From positions 133,246,102 through 133,295,595 of the forward strand of contig NC_068981.1 of NCBI RefSeq assembly GCF_001194135.2: DNA of 49,494 nt, written 5' to 3'. The notes beneath the pieces were generated by a model. It was not told the DNA's origin, made no database searches, and saw only the letters and a program-made list of their open reading frames with translations. The number at the start of each line of letters is the position of its first letter. Positions within the stretch are counted from its first letter, which is position 1. Origin of the DNA: Octopus bimaculoides (lineage: Eukaryota). Position numbers and translations under genes: made by a program. Shown in pieces: positions 24,367 to 36,230 of the stretch.

Positions 24367-24985
24367 GTGACTCACATTGCTGGTGCTTGTGAAAGTCTTG
24401 CGCAGAATGAGAACAAGCGTAGACACGACAAAGTAGCCCAAAACCTCCACTGGCTACTATGCCGTAAGTATGGATATTAGGTTAGGGGTGATTGGTACCA
24501 ACATACACCGGAAAAGCAATGGACTAAAAGGGGAAGGCAAAAATTCTCTGGAACTTTGATTTCTAGACGAAGTGTTAGAACACCGAAGGCCGGATATAGT
24601 AACCTTTAGGAGGGACAAACAATAGTGCTTAATAATCGACACAACAGCGCCAGGAGATCAACATATCATCGTGAAAGAAAGAGAAAAAGTTAATAAGTAT
24701 GGAGACTTTAGAATTGAGATTGCTAAGATGTGGCAGCTACGAGAGTCGAACATAAAGGTTACCCTTATTGTCATCGGAGCATCTGGAAAAATATCAGAAA
24801 ACCTTAGATATACCCTACAATCTAGATGTATTGCAAAATTCGCCATTACGTGGAACTGCACGCATATTGCGCAAAGCACTGTCCGTCTGAGGTCCTTGTT
24901 GTGACTTGACAAACAATACAAACTCCCGGTAGACACAATATCTTCAATCAACAACCTGACTATTTTGTATACTGTGCGACGTCTA
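24367..24985 (+). mobile_element. R4/Dong-clade 3' fragment (end of CCHC knuckle plus PD..D endonuclease), flanked on both sides by (AAT)n
   Basis: VTHIAGACESLAQNENKRRHDKVAQNLHWLLCRKYG, WYQHTPEK, KILWNFDF, EHRRPDIV..CLIID..PGD..KEREKVNKY..EIAKMW..IVIGASG..GTARILRKALSV*; contains stops and frameshifts. Confidence 0.9.
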
Positions 24986-24989
24986 TAAC

Positions 24990-25065
<76 letters not shown>

Positions 25066-25482
25066 NNNNNNNNNNNNNNNNNNNNNNNNNNNNNNNNNNN
25101 NNNNNNNNNNNNNNNNNNNNNNNNNNNNNNNNNNNNNNNNNNNNNNNNNNNNNNNNNNNNNNNNNNNNNNNNNNNNNNNNNNNNNNNNNNNNNNNNNNNN
25201 NNNNNNNNNNNNNNNNNNNNNNNNNNNNNNNNNNNNNNNNNNNNNNNNNNNNNNNNNNNNNNNNNNNNNNNNNNNNNNNNNNNNNNNNNNNNNNNNNNNN
25301 NNNNNNNNNNNNNNNNNNNNNNNNNNNNNNNNNNNNNNNNNNNNNNNNNNNNNNNNNNNNNNNNNNNNNNNNNNNNNNNNNNNNNNNNNNNNNNNNNNNN
25401 NNNNNNNNNNNNNNNNNNNNNNNNNNNNNNNNNNNNNNNNNNNNNNNNNNNNNNNNNNNNNNNNNNNNNNNNNNNNNNNNNN

Positions 25483-25725
25483 CTATCATAGTAGGTGCCT
25501 TAGGTATAATAAAAAAATATTCAGACAAATACATAACAAAAATAGCAGGACTTACAAATACATATAACATACAGAAAATTGCACTACTGGGTACTGCACA
25601 CATTCTACGCAAAACACTTTCAATACAGTAAACATAAGAGCACCACAGCAAACCACAGCACATACCCAAGGCGCACAGAGCTGCGCTCGGTAGTGAAGTG
25701 AAAGCACGTTATAAAAATAAAACTA

Positions 25726-25728
<3 letters not shown>
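25483..25728 (+). mobile_element. R4/Dong-clade 3' fragment (third subfamily), followed by (AAT)n
   Basis: IIVGALGIIKKYSDKYITKIAGLTNTYNIQKIALLGTAHILRKTLSIQ*, stop at 25629-25631; its 3' UTR differs from the other two. Confidence 0.85.
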
Positions 25729-25810
<82 letters not shown>

Positions 25811-26382
25811 TGCAACACCAGGAGGTCCTGATGCAATACCACACACTGGCTCTCATGGCTTCTGATCTTAACTATTTGGAAGTGTTTTCATGTACACATT
25901 TTAGCTTAATTTAACAGACAGGCTGCAGAAAATATTCTGCACAATACCACAGATTTGCTTGTCAGTTGTTTGATCTTAATTAGTAGAATATGTCCCTTAG
26001 TGGCTGACGATATGTACACCTCTGAACACGAGCAGAAGTATACGAGAAGCATCATCGCCGTGTATTGAGATGAATTCTTTAGGGTTAGAATAATTCACCT
26101 TTGAAAACATGGGTGTTCCATTATTCATCCTTAAATAAATTATATTTAGATGCCTTTTGAGCGGGATCAGCTATTCGACCTGAAGAAAATTCTGACTGGG
26201 CCCAATCTGCAAGATCATGTGTTGCTTATCTTGATATAAGATCACCATATCGCGCACGTATAGTTGAGATACACGTGCCTGGCGTACTCTATCAGACGGG
26301 TAGTCATGATGGGTATAGTATAATGGGCTTCGTATATTTGTAAACCAGTGTCACTTTGATGGCATGCGTTGCTCTCGCACTC
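25811..26382 (+). mobile_element. Element E, second copy, flanked by (AAT)n
   Basis: Reverse complement of 10236-10791 over its whole length, with moderate divergence. Confidence 0.8.
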
Positions 26383-26855
26383 AATAATAATAACAACAAG
26401 AAGAAAGAAAGAAAGGAAGGAAGGAAGGAAGGAAGAAAAGCAATGCATGAGGAAATAATAAGCGTTCAAGGAGGTAAATATTATTTGAATGAGAATACAC
26501 ACAGAACGTACGGAGCTTTTGACACTCCAGTAAGGAGAAAGATAAAAGTTAAAACGGAGTATTTACAACTAAAACTCAACTCTGAACGAAAGAGGAAGGA
26601 GTTGATTGACACGGAAATATCTCCCTGAAGTTAATAGCTGCCAATAAAAAAAGCAGTTTGCAGAAATACCGCAGCTGAATTGAATGAATATTTTATTGAA
26701 GCATTCTACGCGCTGCTGACGCAATGATTATTGTATTAATTGAAATAAACATTAATATTGTATTAATTAAAAGAAATCATTAGGAAATTGGTGATGACAT
26801 AAATCGCGGTGCTGAAGTCAGTTTCCGGTTTAATTTCAGTTTTATTTTTTTCTCT

Positions 26856-27025
26856 GTGATCTTTTAGTTGTTTCAGTCATTAGATTGCAGCCATGCTGGG
26901 GCACAATTTGAAAGGTTTAGTAGAATTAATCGCCCCCAGTAATTAGTTTTTGAAGCCTGGTACTTAATTTATCGTTCTCTTATGCGAAACCATTAACTTA
27001 GACGGGCATAAACAAACGAACACTG
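26856..27025 (-). mobile_element. SINE family A, 3' part
   Basis: TTGTTTCAGTCATTAGATTGCAGCCATGCTGGGGCAC tail; truncated by the gap. Confidence 0.7.
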
Positions 27026-27464
27026 NNNNNNNNNNNNNNNNNNNNNNNNNNNNNNNNNNNNNNNNNNNNNNNNNNNNNNNNNNNNNNNNNNNNNNNNNNN
27101 NNNNNNNNNNNNNNNNNNNNNNNNNNNNNNNNNNNNNNNNNNNNNNNNNNNNNNNNNNNNNNNNNNNNNNNNNNNNNNNNNNNNNNNNNNNNNNNNNNNN
27201 NNNNNNNNNNNNNNNNNNNNNNNNNNNNNNNNNNNNNNNNNNNNNNNNNNNNNNNNNNNNNNNNNNNNNNNNNNNNNNNNNNNNNNNNNNNNNNNNNNNN
27301 NNNNNNNNNNNNNNNNNNNNNNNNNNNNNNNNNNNNNNNNNNNNNNNNNNNNNNNNNNNNNNNNNNNNNNNNNNNNNNNNNNNNNNNNNNNNNNNNNNNN
27401 NNNNNNNNNNNNNNNNNNNNNNNNNNNNNNNNNNNNNNNNNNNNNNNNNNNNNNNNNNNNNNNN

Positions 27465-27514
<50 letters not shown>

Positions 27515-27515
<1 letters not shown>

Positions 27516-29240
27516 ATCTCGCCACATAAACATGAAACAGGACGGAAGCCACCTGCCAAAAGGAAAGGACTACGTACCACCTGCCCCAAAAGGGAGGTAC
27601 GTAGATGTAGTGCGTGGTACAAACCAGACCTATCAATATGTTGTTGAAAGGGCAGCTGCTGAACAATAGTCTTTTTTGTGCATGGCACAAAAGATTTAAC
27701 AGCAACTGACCTGGCAACAATCTCACAGATGGGATTATCCCCAATACACAAGACCACCACAGCAAATAGACCAAAGGTGGGCACCACTGGCCACAACACC
27801 CACATCACATCGGTGCTCTTACTGAACATCAGAGGACTGTTAACACTTAGTAACAGGACAAAAATCCCTTTCTTGAGAGACCTTGTTGCTTGCAATCAAG
27901 CCTTATGTATAGCACTTACGGAAACACACCTGAAACCAGATACAGCAAATGCCGAAATACACATACCACAGTATGTTGTATTACAAACCGACAGGAAAGA
28001 AAGGTGTCCTGGTGGAGTCGCTATGTACATCCGCGAAGACCTCACACCCCAGGTCCTTTTGTCACACTCAAATTCAGTATATGACACTAATTGTACATAT
28101 AAGACAACTCGGTGTAGTTATATGTGCTACATATCACCCTCCAGATGCCCCAAATCATGTAGACAAGTTTGAAGACTGCCTTACAAAAATAGAATTTCTA
28201 GTCACATTAGAAAAACACATAAATGTACTTCTTATGGGAGACTTCAATCTTCCCAATGTCAGATGGCCCGAGTTATGCAGTTGATACAAAAGTCTCACGG
28301 GTAATTCAGAATCCTGAAGACACTATGTACCTGCAATGTGAGCTGGATGAAATGTACAAGTGGGCTGAAAAAAATAGCATGCAGTTTAATGCTGAAAAGT
28401 TTCACATGCAAGACTAATCGGAATACCCATTAAATACACTGGACTTGGAGGGATTGCAATCCCAGAGGCACAGACCTGGGCATTTACATGAATAATGATG
28501 CATCCTTTCATGTGCATGTTGCTAAATTGGCAATGAAATGCAGGCGGCTGATCGGATGGATTCTTAGAACTTTTAGAACAAGAGATCAGGAAACCATGAT
28601 GGTCCTCTGGAAGACACTTGCCCTTAGTCACTTTGACTATTGCTCTCAGCTATGGTTACCAACCAGTGTCAAATTAATCTCAGAACTTGAGGCAATCCAA
28701 CGAAGCTACACGAAGAAGATATCCTCTATGCAGATTATAAGCTATTGGGAAAGATTCAAGAGATTAAGACTCTATTCCTTAGGGCGTAGGCGAGAAAGAT
28801 ATGCCATAATATACATCTGGAAGTTGCTGGAAGGACTTGTCCCAAACTATGGCATCGAGAGTTACACAAATACTAGAACTGGGCGCCACTGCATAGTGCC
28901 AAGGACTCCAAATTTGCTATCAAGATGTAGGACAAGATACTGCAATAGCCTGGGCTTCAGAGGTCTACAACTCTTCAATATCCTCCCGAAAGACCTGAGA
29001 GACCTGCATGGGGTGGATGTAGGTGTCTTCAAAATTAAGCTGGACCTCTTCCTGTCAAGTGTCCCAGATGAACCATCTTCGAGGCCGGAGGTGCAGATGA
29101 GGGCAGCTGCATCAAACTCTCTCATGCACCAAATGTCAATTCCTGAAAAGCATTCGTGAAGTAAAATTATGTAGCAACACCAAAAGGCTGTGCCCCAGCA
29201 TGGCCACAGCTCATGAGCTGGAACTAGATAAAATAAAATA
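27515..29240 (+). mobile_element. CR1-group LINE with a large internal deletion (APE N-terminus fused to RT C-terminus), pseudogenised
   Basis: APE motifs LLLNIRGL, IALTETHL, DR..GGVAMYI, ATYHPP and MGDFNLP. These are followed directly (junction ~28270) by SYAVDTK (degenerate YADDTK), LDEMYKWAEKNSMQFNAEK, FDYCSQLW, LEAIQRSYTKKI and YWER..LYSLGRRRER. Stop at 29159, then the stem-loop tail. Confidence 0.9.
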
Positions 29241-29248
29241 TATATATT

Positions 29249-29471
29249 ACACCACCTGTCTTCGTCTGTTATTTTTTTCGTAAATTCTCCCATAACCACT
29301 ACACACATTTTTTCTCTGCTTGTTTCTCTCTTTGTTTCTTTCTGTGTTCCTATCTGTGGAAGAGCGTAGGCTAGAAACGTTAAAAACTTTTTTAATTCCC
29401 GAGCGTTATACTGATACCTCTGTTTGTTTTCTACACCACCTGCCTTCGTTTTTTTTTTGTGTGAATTCTCC
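29249..29471 (+). mobile_element. 184-bp-family element with terminal direct repeat and hammerhead-like motif
   Basis: ACACCACCTG[T/C]CTTCGT..AATTCTCC at 29249 and again at 29433 (period 184); CTGTGGA-A-GAGC-GTAG-GCTA-GAAAC-GTT at 29354-29381. Confidence 0.65.
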
Positions 29472-29582
29472 GTTTATATATTCATAGATATACATATATA
29501 CATATACATATATACAGACATACTTATTGCATAAGTTTTATTAACGACAAACTGGTTAGGTATTGTGCTTCCAGTAGAAAGA

Positions 29583-30478
<896 letters not shown>

Positions 30479-30497
30479 ACGTTGGACAAATGATTAC

Positions 30498-30740
30498 GCT
30501 GAGGTCGGCTTTATCTTTCCTCTTTTTGGAGCGATAAAATAGGTACCAGTTTAGCACTGGTATCGATGTAATCAACTTATATCATCCTGGAAAACTGTTG
30601 GTAGTGTGGCAAAATTAGAAAGAAGTATTATTGTCAATAGGATGGTGGATTGGACAAAATGCTTTGAGTTATTTAGTTATGGCTCTTTAGATTCTGTGTT
30701 CAAATTCAAACAAGGTAAACTTTGCTTTTCATTCCTCCAG
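30498..30740 (+). mobile_element. Two SINE family B remnants
   Basis: GAGGTCGGCTTT..GATAAAATAGGTACCAG..GATGTAATCAAC, then AAAATGCTTTG..GTGTTCAAATT..CTTTGCTTTTCAT. Confidence 0.55.
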
Positions 30741-31097
30741 TGGGTGCATGGGGCATAAATAGAGAAACAGTCAAAAACTGGGCTCAGTTTTATTGACCAT
30801 GGCCGTCCCACAATTTCAGGCAGTGTTATTAATAATATTAGAACTTCAACAGATTCATGCGTGTTTCTCGTGCATCGGTCGGTACGCCTCAGTGTATCTG
30901 ATAAGTACGCTGCGTTCTCTTTTCTGGGAGTTGAACTGTGTTAGTATATTACAACTACTTGCTTTGCTTTTTCGTGGAGTACTTTGTTGTTTTGGAGAAT
31001 ATTTTTTATCAAGTCTGGCTCTTATTCTATCAGTGCCTCTTGCTGAACTGCAAATGTAATACAATTCAGACATGTACTTTACATGTATCATATTTTG

Positions 31098-31270
31098 CAG
31101 GCCGCGAGCTGGCAGAAACGTTCGCACGCCGGGTGAAATGCTTAGCGGTATTTCGTCTGACTTTACGTTCTGAGTTCAAATTCTGTCGACGTCGACTTCG
31201 CCTTTCAGCTTTTCGGGGTCGATACATTAAGTACAAGTTGCATATTGAGGTCCATCTAATCAACTGGTTC
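31098..31270 (+). mobile_element. SINE family B
   Basis: GAGCTGGCAGAAACGTT..GAAATGCTTAGCGGTATTTCGTC..GTTCTGAGTTCAAATT..TTTCGGGGTCGATA. Confidence 0.85.
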
Positions 31271-31365
31271 TTTTGGTACGTGTTTTTGTCCATGTATTTG
31301 TGAGTTGCGTTTTTGTGTTATAGAGTCAGGCGGGGGATGTGGTTTTGAGGTGTATTTGATAATAT

Positions 31366-31556
31366 CTTTTACTCTCTTTACTGGAGCATCGCCTTTAGTC
31401 GAGCAAATCGACCCCAGGACTCATTCTTTGTAAGCCTAGTACTTATTTTATCGGTCTATTATGCCGAACCGCTAAGTTATGGGGACCTAAACACACCAGC
31501 ATCGGTTGTCAAGCGATGTTGGGTGGGTAAACATAGAGACACAAGCACAAACCTGT

Positions 31557-31590
<34 letters not shown>

Positions 31591-31750
31591 ACGACGGGCT
31601 TCTTTCAGTTTCCGTCTACCAAATCCACTCATAAGGCTTTAGTCGGCCCGAGGCTATAATAGAAGACACCTGCCCAAGGTGCCACGCAGTGGGACTGAAC
31701 CCGGAACCATCTGGTTGGTAAACATGCTACTTACCACACAATCACTCCTG
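31366..31750 (-). mobile_element. SINE family A, best-preserved near-full-length copy
   Basis: Minus: TGTGTGGTAAGTAGC (A-box region), GGGTTCAGTCCC (B box), GCGTGGCACCTTGGGCAGGTG (similar to the CORE motif GTGACCTTGGGCAAGT), an internal TA tract and body. Probably one of the octopus OR1/OR2 CORE-SINEs (recalled, not verified). Confidence 0.9.
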
Positions 31751-32254
31751 TGATAATTCACAGCATTGACAACCAATGAATTCAATGGGAGTTTATGTAA
31801 CACACTCACACACTTCTGTATGTCCAAGGAAAGAGGGAAAACTCCCGTTATCTGCATAGTTTCATTTGGAAACTTCAGTTAGAGAACTCCTTTACCAGTA
31901 TAACATGAAATATTCTCGACAAGGTTCTTCCTTATTCGTTCGGAACGTAAAGCCATCATCTTCGTCTCTGCGAGAGACAGCACAAATTACAACACCCGAC
32001 ATTCATCTCTAAACAAATATCTATACTGTCATTATGCCACCACAAATGACATTTTGCACGGAACAGTTTTAAACCATTAGCTGTTAATATTATTCTGTAA
32101 GTTTCACTCCAGAGAAAACAATAACCCATTGTCTCCCTTTATATGAGACCTAGGTGGCCAAAGTATTACAATATATATAACTATGCAGCAATTATATTTA
32201 CGAAAACTTTTCACTAGTCACCATTACTTAACTTATGTAGAATACGCATATATA

Positions 32255-32290
<36 letters not shown>

Positions 32291-32296
32291 TGTATG

Positions 32297-32349
<53 letters not shown>

Positions 32350-32535
32350 GTATTCGTACATACGTGCATACACTCACACACACACTCACACACATACACA
32401 CACTCACACCACAGACCCATTAACTGAATTGTGGTAGAGATATTTTAACCATTGTTGCACTCATATACAATTCTGTTTTTTTTGGTATACATTATTAAGC
32501 ATTAAGAGATTTCACAGGAAATGTACGACCTACCG

Positions 32536-32862
32536 TTTTTATCTTTTACCTTTTACTTGTTTCAATCATTGAACTGCAGCCGTGCTGGGGCAGCACCTTG
32601 GAAAGTTTACTTTAGTCGAATGAATTGACCCCAGCACTTATTTTGTTAAACCTGGTACTTGTCTTATCGGTCGCTTTTGCCAGCCGCTAAGTTACGGGGA
32701 CGTAAACATACCATCACCAGTTGTCAAGCGGTAGTGCGGACAATCACACATACACACACAATCATATATATATATATATATATATANNNNNNNNNNNNNN
32801 NNNNNNNNNNNNNNNNNNNNNNNNNNNNNNNNNNNNNNNNNNNNNNNNNNNNNNNNNNNNNN

Positions 32863-32903
<41 letters not shown>

Positions 32904-33282
32904 TGTATGTATGTATGTCTGTATGTCTGTATATGTGTGTGTGTCCAGTAATCCCTCGACTATCGTGGATGTTACGTTCTAAAATATCCTGCGATTGGTG
33001 AAGATCCGCGAAGTAGAAACAGTACTGTACTATATATTTTGTTTTTATTATTTTTATAACTTGTATATATTTGATTTATTATAAAGGAAAAACACCATCA
33101 CAGAGGAATCGACGTAAGCTTAAGTAAGCCGCGTTAAGTGAACCGCGAATTGGCGAGGGATTACTGTGTATATACGACGGGCTTCTTTCAGTTTCCATCT
33201 AGCAGATCCACTAACAAGGCTTTGGTCAGCCCGAGTCTATAGTAAAAGACCCTTGCCCAAGGTGCCACGAAATAGGACCAAG
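32536..33282 (-). mobile_element. SINE family A, head missing, with a MITE nested in its internal microsatellite
   Basis: Tail and body at 32536-32750; GACGGGCTTCTTTCAGTTTCC..CCTTGCCCAAGGTGCCACG at 33175-33270. Confidence 0.8.
32946..33166. mobile_element. pogo/Tigger-type MITE (Tc1/mariner superfamily), 221 bp
   Basis: TIRs CAGTAATCCCTCG and CGAGGGATTACTG; the TA target site duplication is not intact. Confidence 0.75.
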
Positions 33283-33596
33283 CGAATGCTTTAATTTACA
33301 AATCATTTATTTTCCACTCTCCACCGTATGGAGATTTCATGGAGGATTTTCTTCGCGTTGCTTTTCTTCCTTCTGTTCCGATATTCTTATATTCACCAAA
33401 TACTTCTACCTTTTCCAAACCCTCTCTTATACTCGACATTTGGTGCATGAGAGATTTTGATGCAGCTGCCCTCATCTGCACCTCCTGCCGCGAAGATGGT
33501 TCATCTGGGACACTTGACAGGAAGAGGTCCAGCTTTATTTTGAAGACACCTACATCCACCCCATGCAGGTTTCTCAGGCCCTTCGGGAGGATATTG
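33283..33596 (-). mobile_element. CR1-group LINE 3' fragment, close relative of the 27515-29240 element
   Basis: NILPKGLRNLHGVDVGVFKIKLDLFLSSVPDEPSSRQEVQMRAAASKSLMHQMS is nearly identical to the C-terminus at 28977-29137. Confidence 0.9.
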
Positions 33597-34716
33597 TTGT
33601 GTCTGCAGGAGCTGGTCTGTATATTCATATTTTCTCTCACTCTCTCTATGCCTTCTACCTCCTTTCTCTGCCTCTCCCTCCCTCTCTCTCTCTCTTTCCC
33701 GCTCTCTTTCTCCCTCTTTCACTCACCCACATACGTATGTGTGTGTGCGCATGTGCATATGCGTATAAGTTATGCCCCTCTTCCGGTAAAAATTTAATAA
33801 GCATGTTCTCTACTAAAAAGCATCGAGTAATTCTTTAGTTTAAGGTAAGACTAACACCTCAGACGTAGGAAAATACTCCTAAATTGAAGATGCTCTCACT
33901 CAGCAGGAATAAAAGCCAGGCAAGCCAAATATGGCGTACAGTAAGAACAATGTTAGTTCTATCAAAAAACAAAATATTCACATTTCCTCATTATCTATTC
34001 ATGACCTAATTATAAATTCAAAATGACCGACAAGGCAAACATACTTTTAATTTAGATCAGTTTTTCCACCAAACTATCAAAGGTAATATGGTCTAACTTG
34101 GAATGGTAACAGATTGGTGTACAGACTAGAAGCTGAATAAAAGACATTGATGAAGTTGGCCTAGATTTCATTGTGGGGTCGCTCATAACCATATGCAGCA
34201 GTTCAAGCGTTTTTGACCCTGTGTAGTAGCGTTCAAGTGTCTCTAGAAGATGAACAAATAAAGTGCATCTAATCACACTAAAACAGCAGTTAGCCAAGTA
34301 TCAAAGTAATAGACATGCAAAATGTCAGCCTGTATATATATATATATATATATATGTGTATGAAGATGAAAACTATTTTCGCAATTATTTATAGACAGCG
34401 TTTCGGCAACGGATCGGAGACGGTCGTAAAAATTGTTACGTTACCTATTTGTTATGACATGCTTTGTATTAAAAAATAAGCTATAAACGTGGTCCAATGG
34501 ATGTGTTTATTAATTTGAGGCTTTCTCCATTTTCTGATTATTTGTATACGTAAGTATGCTTTTGTATCCATATATATCTGCGTAAGTTTTTATAACTAGT
34601 TTTATGGTTTTATATACTTTTTGTAGGCTTCTTTATGTGCCTTATATTTTTATATCTTTATTTTTTATTTTTTTATTTTTACTTTATTCTGATTTTATAT
34701 TTGTATTGAATTTTGT

Positions 34717-34852
34717 AAATCTCTGAAGAGACCTAGCGAATCATGCTTGTACCCCCATTACATCATTTTCATCTACTAATTACTCAGGCGCACGGGAGCT
34801 ATAGCGATAGAATGGGGCATGCAAACGTTAGGTTGAAACGGCTGTAAATTTT
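34717..34852 (+). ncRNA. Type I hammerhead with a very long stem II; stem I damaged
   Basis: CTGAAGA (34723-34729), GACCTAGCG (34730-34738) pairing with CGTTAGGTT (34826-34834), GAAA-C-GGCT-GTA (site after 34846). Inner helices CATGC/GCATG and CCCCATT/AATGGGG extend stem II. Confidence 0.6.
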
Positions 34853-35460
34853 GTCCCTTCTCCAGTTGCTAAATGTCCTTTAAATTTGAAATCTTAATTG
34901 TTATTATGACATGGTATGTCATAAGTGTCTGTATATTGTGTTTTTTGTCAATTTAGTTATAAAATAAACAGATTAATAAAGGGAATACAGTGTCTGCAAG
35001 TCGATGGGTACCGCATATTCTCCTCCATTTTCTCGTTGCTATATACATTTAGGGTAAAATAACCCCCTTTTACCCGCACCCACTTATTGCACTTGGTATA
35101 ACACTAGTGTAACAATAATTGGGTACCCTCCCAGCAGTATATTGGATAGATACTATCCCTTAGTGGGTTGGATACTCAACACTAACTCTCTTGGATTATA
35201 TANNNNNNNNNNNNNNNNNNNNNNNNNNNNNNNNNNNNNNNNNNNNNNNNNNNNNNNNNNNNNNNNNNNNNNNNNNNNNNNNNNNNNNNNNNNNNNNNNN
35301 ATATATATATATATATATAAGAGGAATAACTACCAAGGTGGATTCCTAATATGATAGAAGAAGACGCTAAATCATTTAACCACGAAGAATGTGTTCTCAA
35401 AAACTTTCAGCAAACGCCGGAATGTAAAGCAAGCAAGACAAATGAAAAGATACAAAATTA

Positions 35461-35526
35461 ACTACATACCATTGTTTCGCTCTTACCATTTACAAAACGT
35501 AAATGTCTGAAGCTCTTCAGTGCAGC
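35461..35526 (-). ncRNA. Type I hammerhead ribozyme, intact core
   Basis: Minus: GCTGCA-CTGAAGA-GC-TTCAGA-CATTTAC-GTTTT-GTAAATG-GTAAGA-GC-GAAA-C-AATG-GTA-TGTAGT. Stem I is 6 bp (GCTGCA/TGTAGT), all core nucleotides match consensus, and the site is GUA. Confidence 0.8.
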
Positions 35527-35631
35527 CGTCATATAGAAAACATAATTCACAGAACTAGACATGAGATGTCCTCTCAAAAGAGAACATGTATAAAGTACCA
35601 TCAATTATATTTGAGAGTATATTTCAAATGT

Positions 35632-35690
35632 CTGAAGAGCAGCGGACATTTACGCTTTGTAAATGGTAACAGCGAAACCATGGTATGTAA
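35632..35690 (+). ncRNA. Type I hammerhead, inverted partner copy; 5' strand of stem I missing
   Basis: CTGAAGA-GC..CATTTAC-GCTTT-GTAAATG..GC-GAAA-CCATGGTA; stem III is the perfect palindrome ACCATGGT. Confidence 0.6.
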
Positions 35691-36198
35691 CTTATCACCA
35701 AATTTTGTATCTTTTCATTTGTCTTGCTCGCTTTATATTCTGGCGTTTGCTGAAATTTCTTGAGAACACATTCTTCGTTGTTAGACGATTTAGCGTCTTC
35801 TAGTATATTATGAATCCACCTTGGTGGTTATTCCTCCTATATATGATGTAATATAATTTATGTATGCTAGGTCACTGGTTTAAATTGATTTAAATTAATA
35901 TTAATTTCTACCCTCATTATTTAACTTTATATATATATATATATGAAAAATAATAAGAGTTGGAAATGCGTTAATTTTAATGTATATATATAAATTATTC
36001 TGTTTCCAGTAAAATAAGTTTTGTTTTTGAACAAATTTACATATTTTCCCCATTTATTTATATTTATGAAAGTAAAAGTGCAAAATATGCGTTCGCATGA
36101 AAAATGTTTTCCTATCATAGTTTTACTGACAATATATTCCTGTATGTTTTCACAAGGTGAATTTTACACTCACAACACATAAAAAAAGAGAAAGAGAT

Positions 36199-36230
<32 letters not shown>

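Larger units (their letters stand above)
35313..35844. mobile_element. ~530-bp palindromic element (arms about 208 bp, spacer about 110 bp) whose inner ends are hammerheads; resembles inverted PLE pLTRs
   Basis: 35313-35520 is the reverse complement of 35632-35844 with scattered mismatches and one indel (for example GAGGAATAACTACCAAGGTGGATTC versus GAATCCACCTTGGTGGTTATTCCTC). Confidence 0.9.

Noticed and set aside
33870-33915. TTGAAGA-TGCT-CTCACTC-AGCA-GGAA as a hammerhead
   Set aside because: GAAA is broken and there is no stem III, NUH site or stem I.
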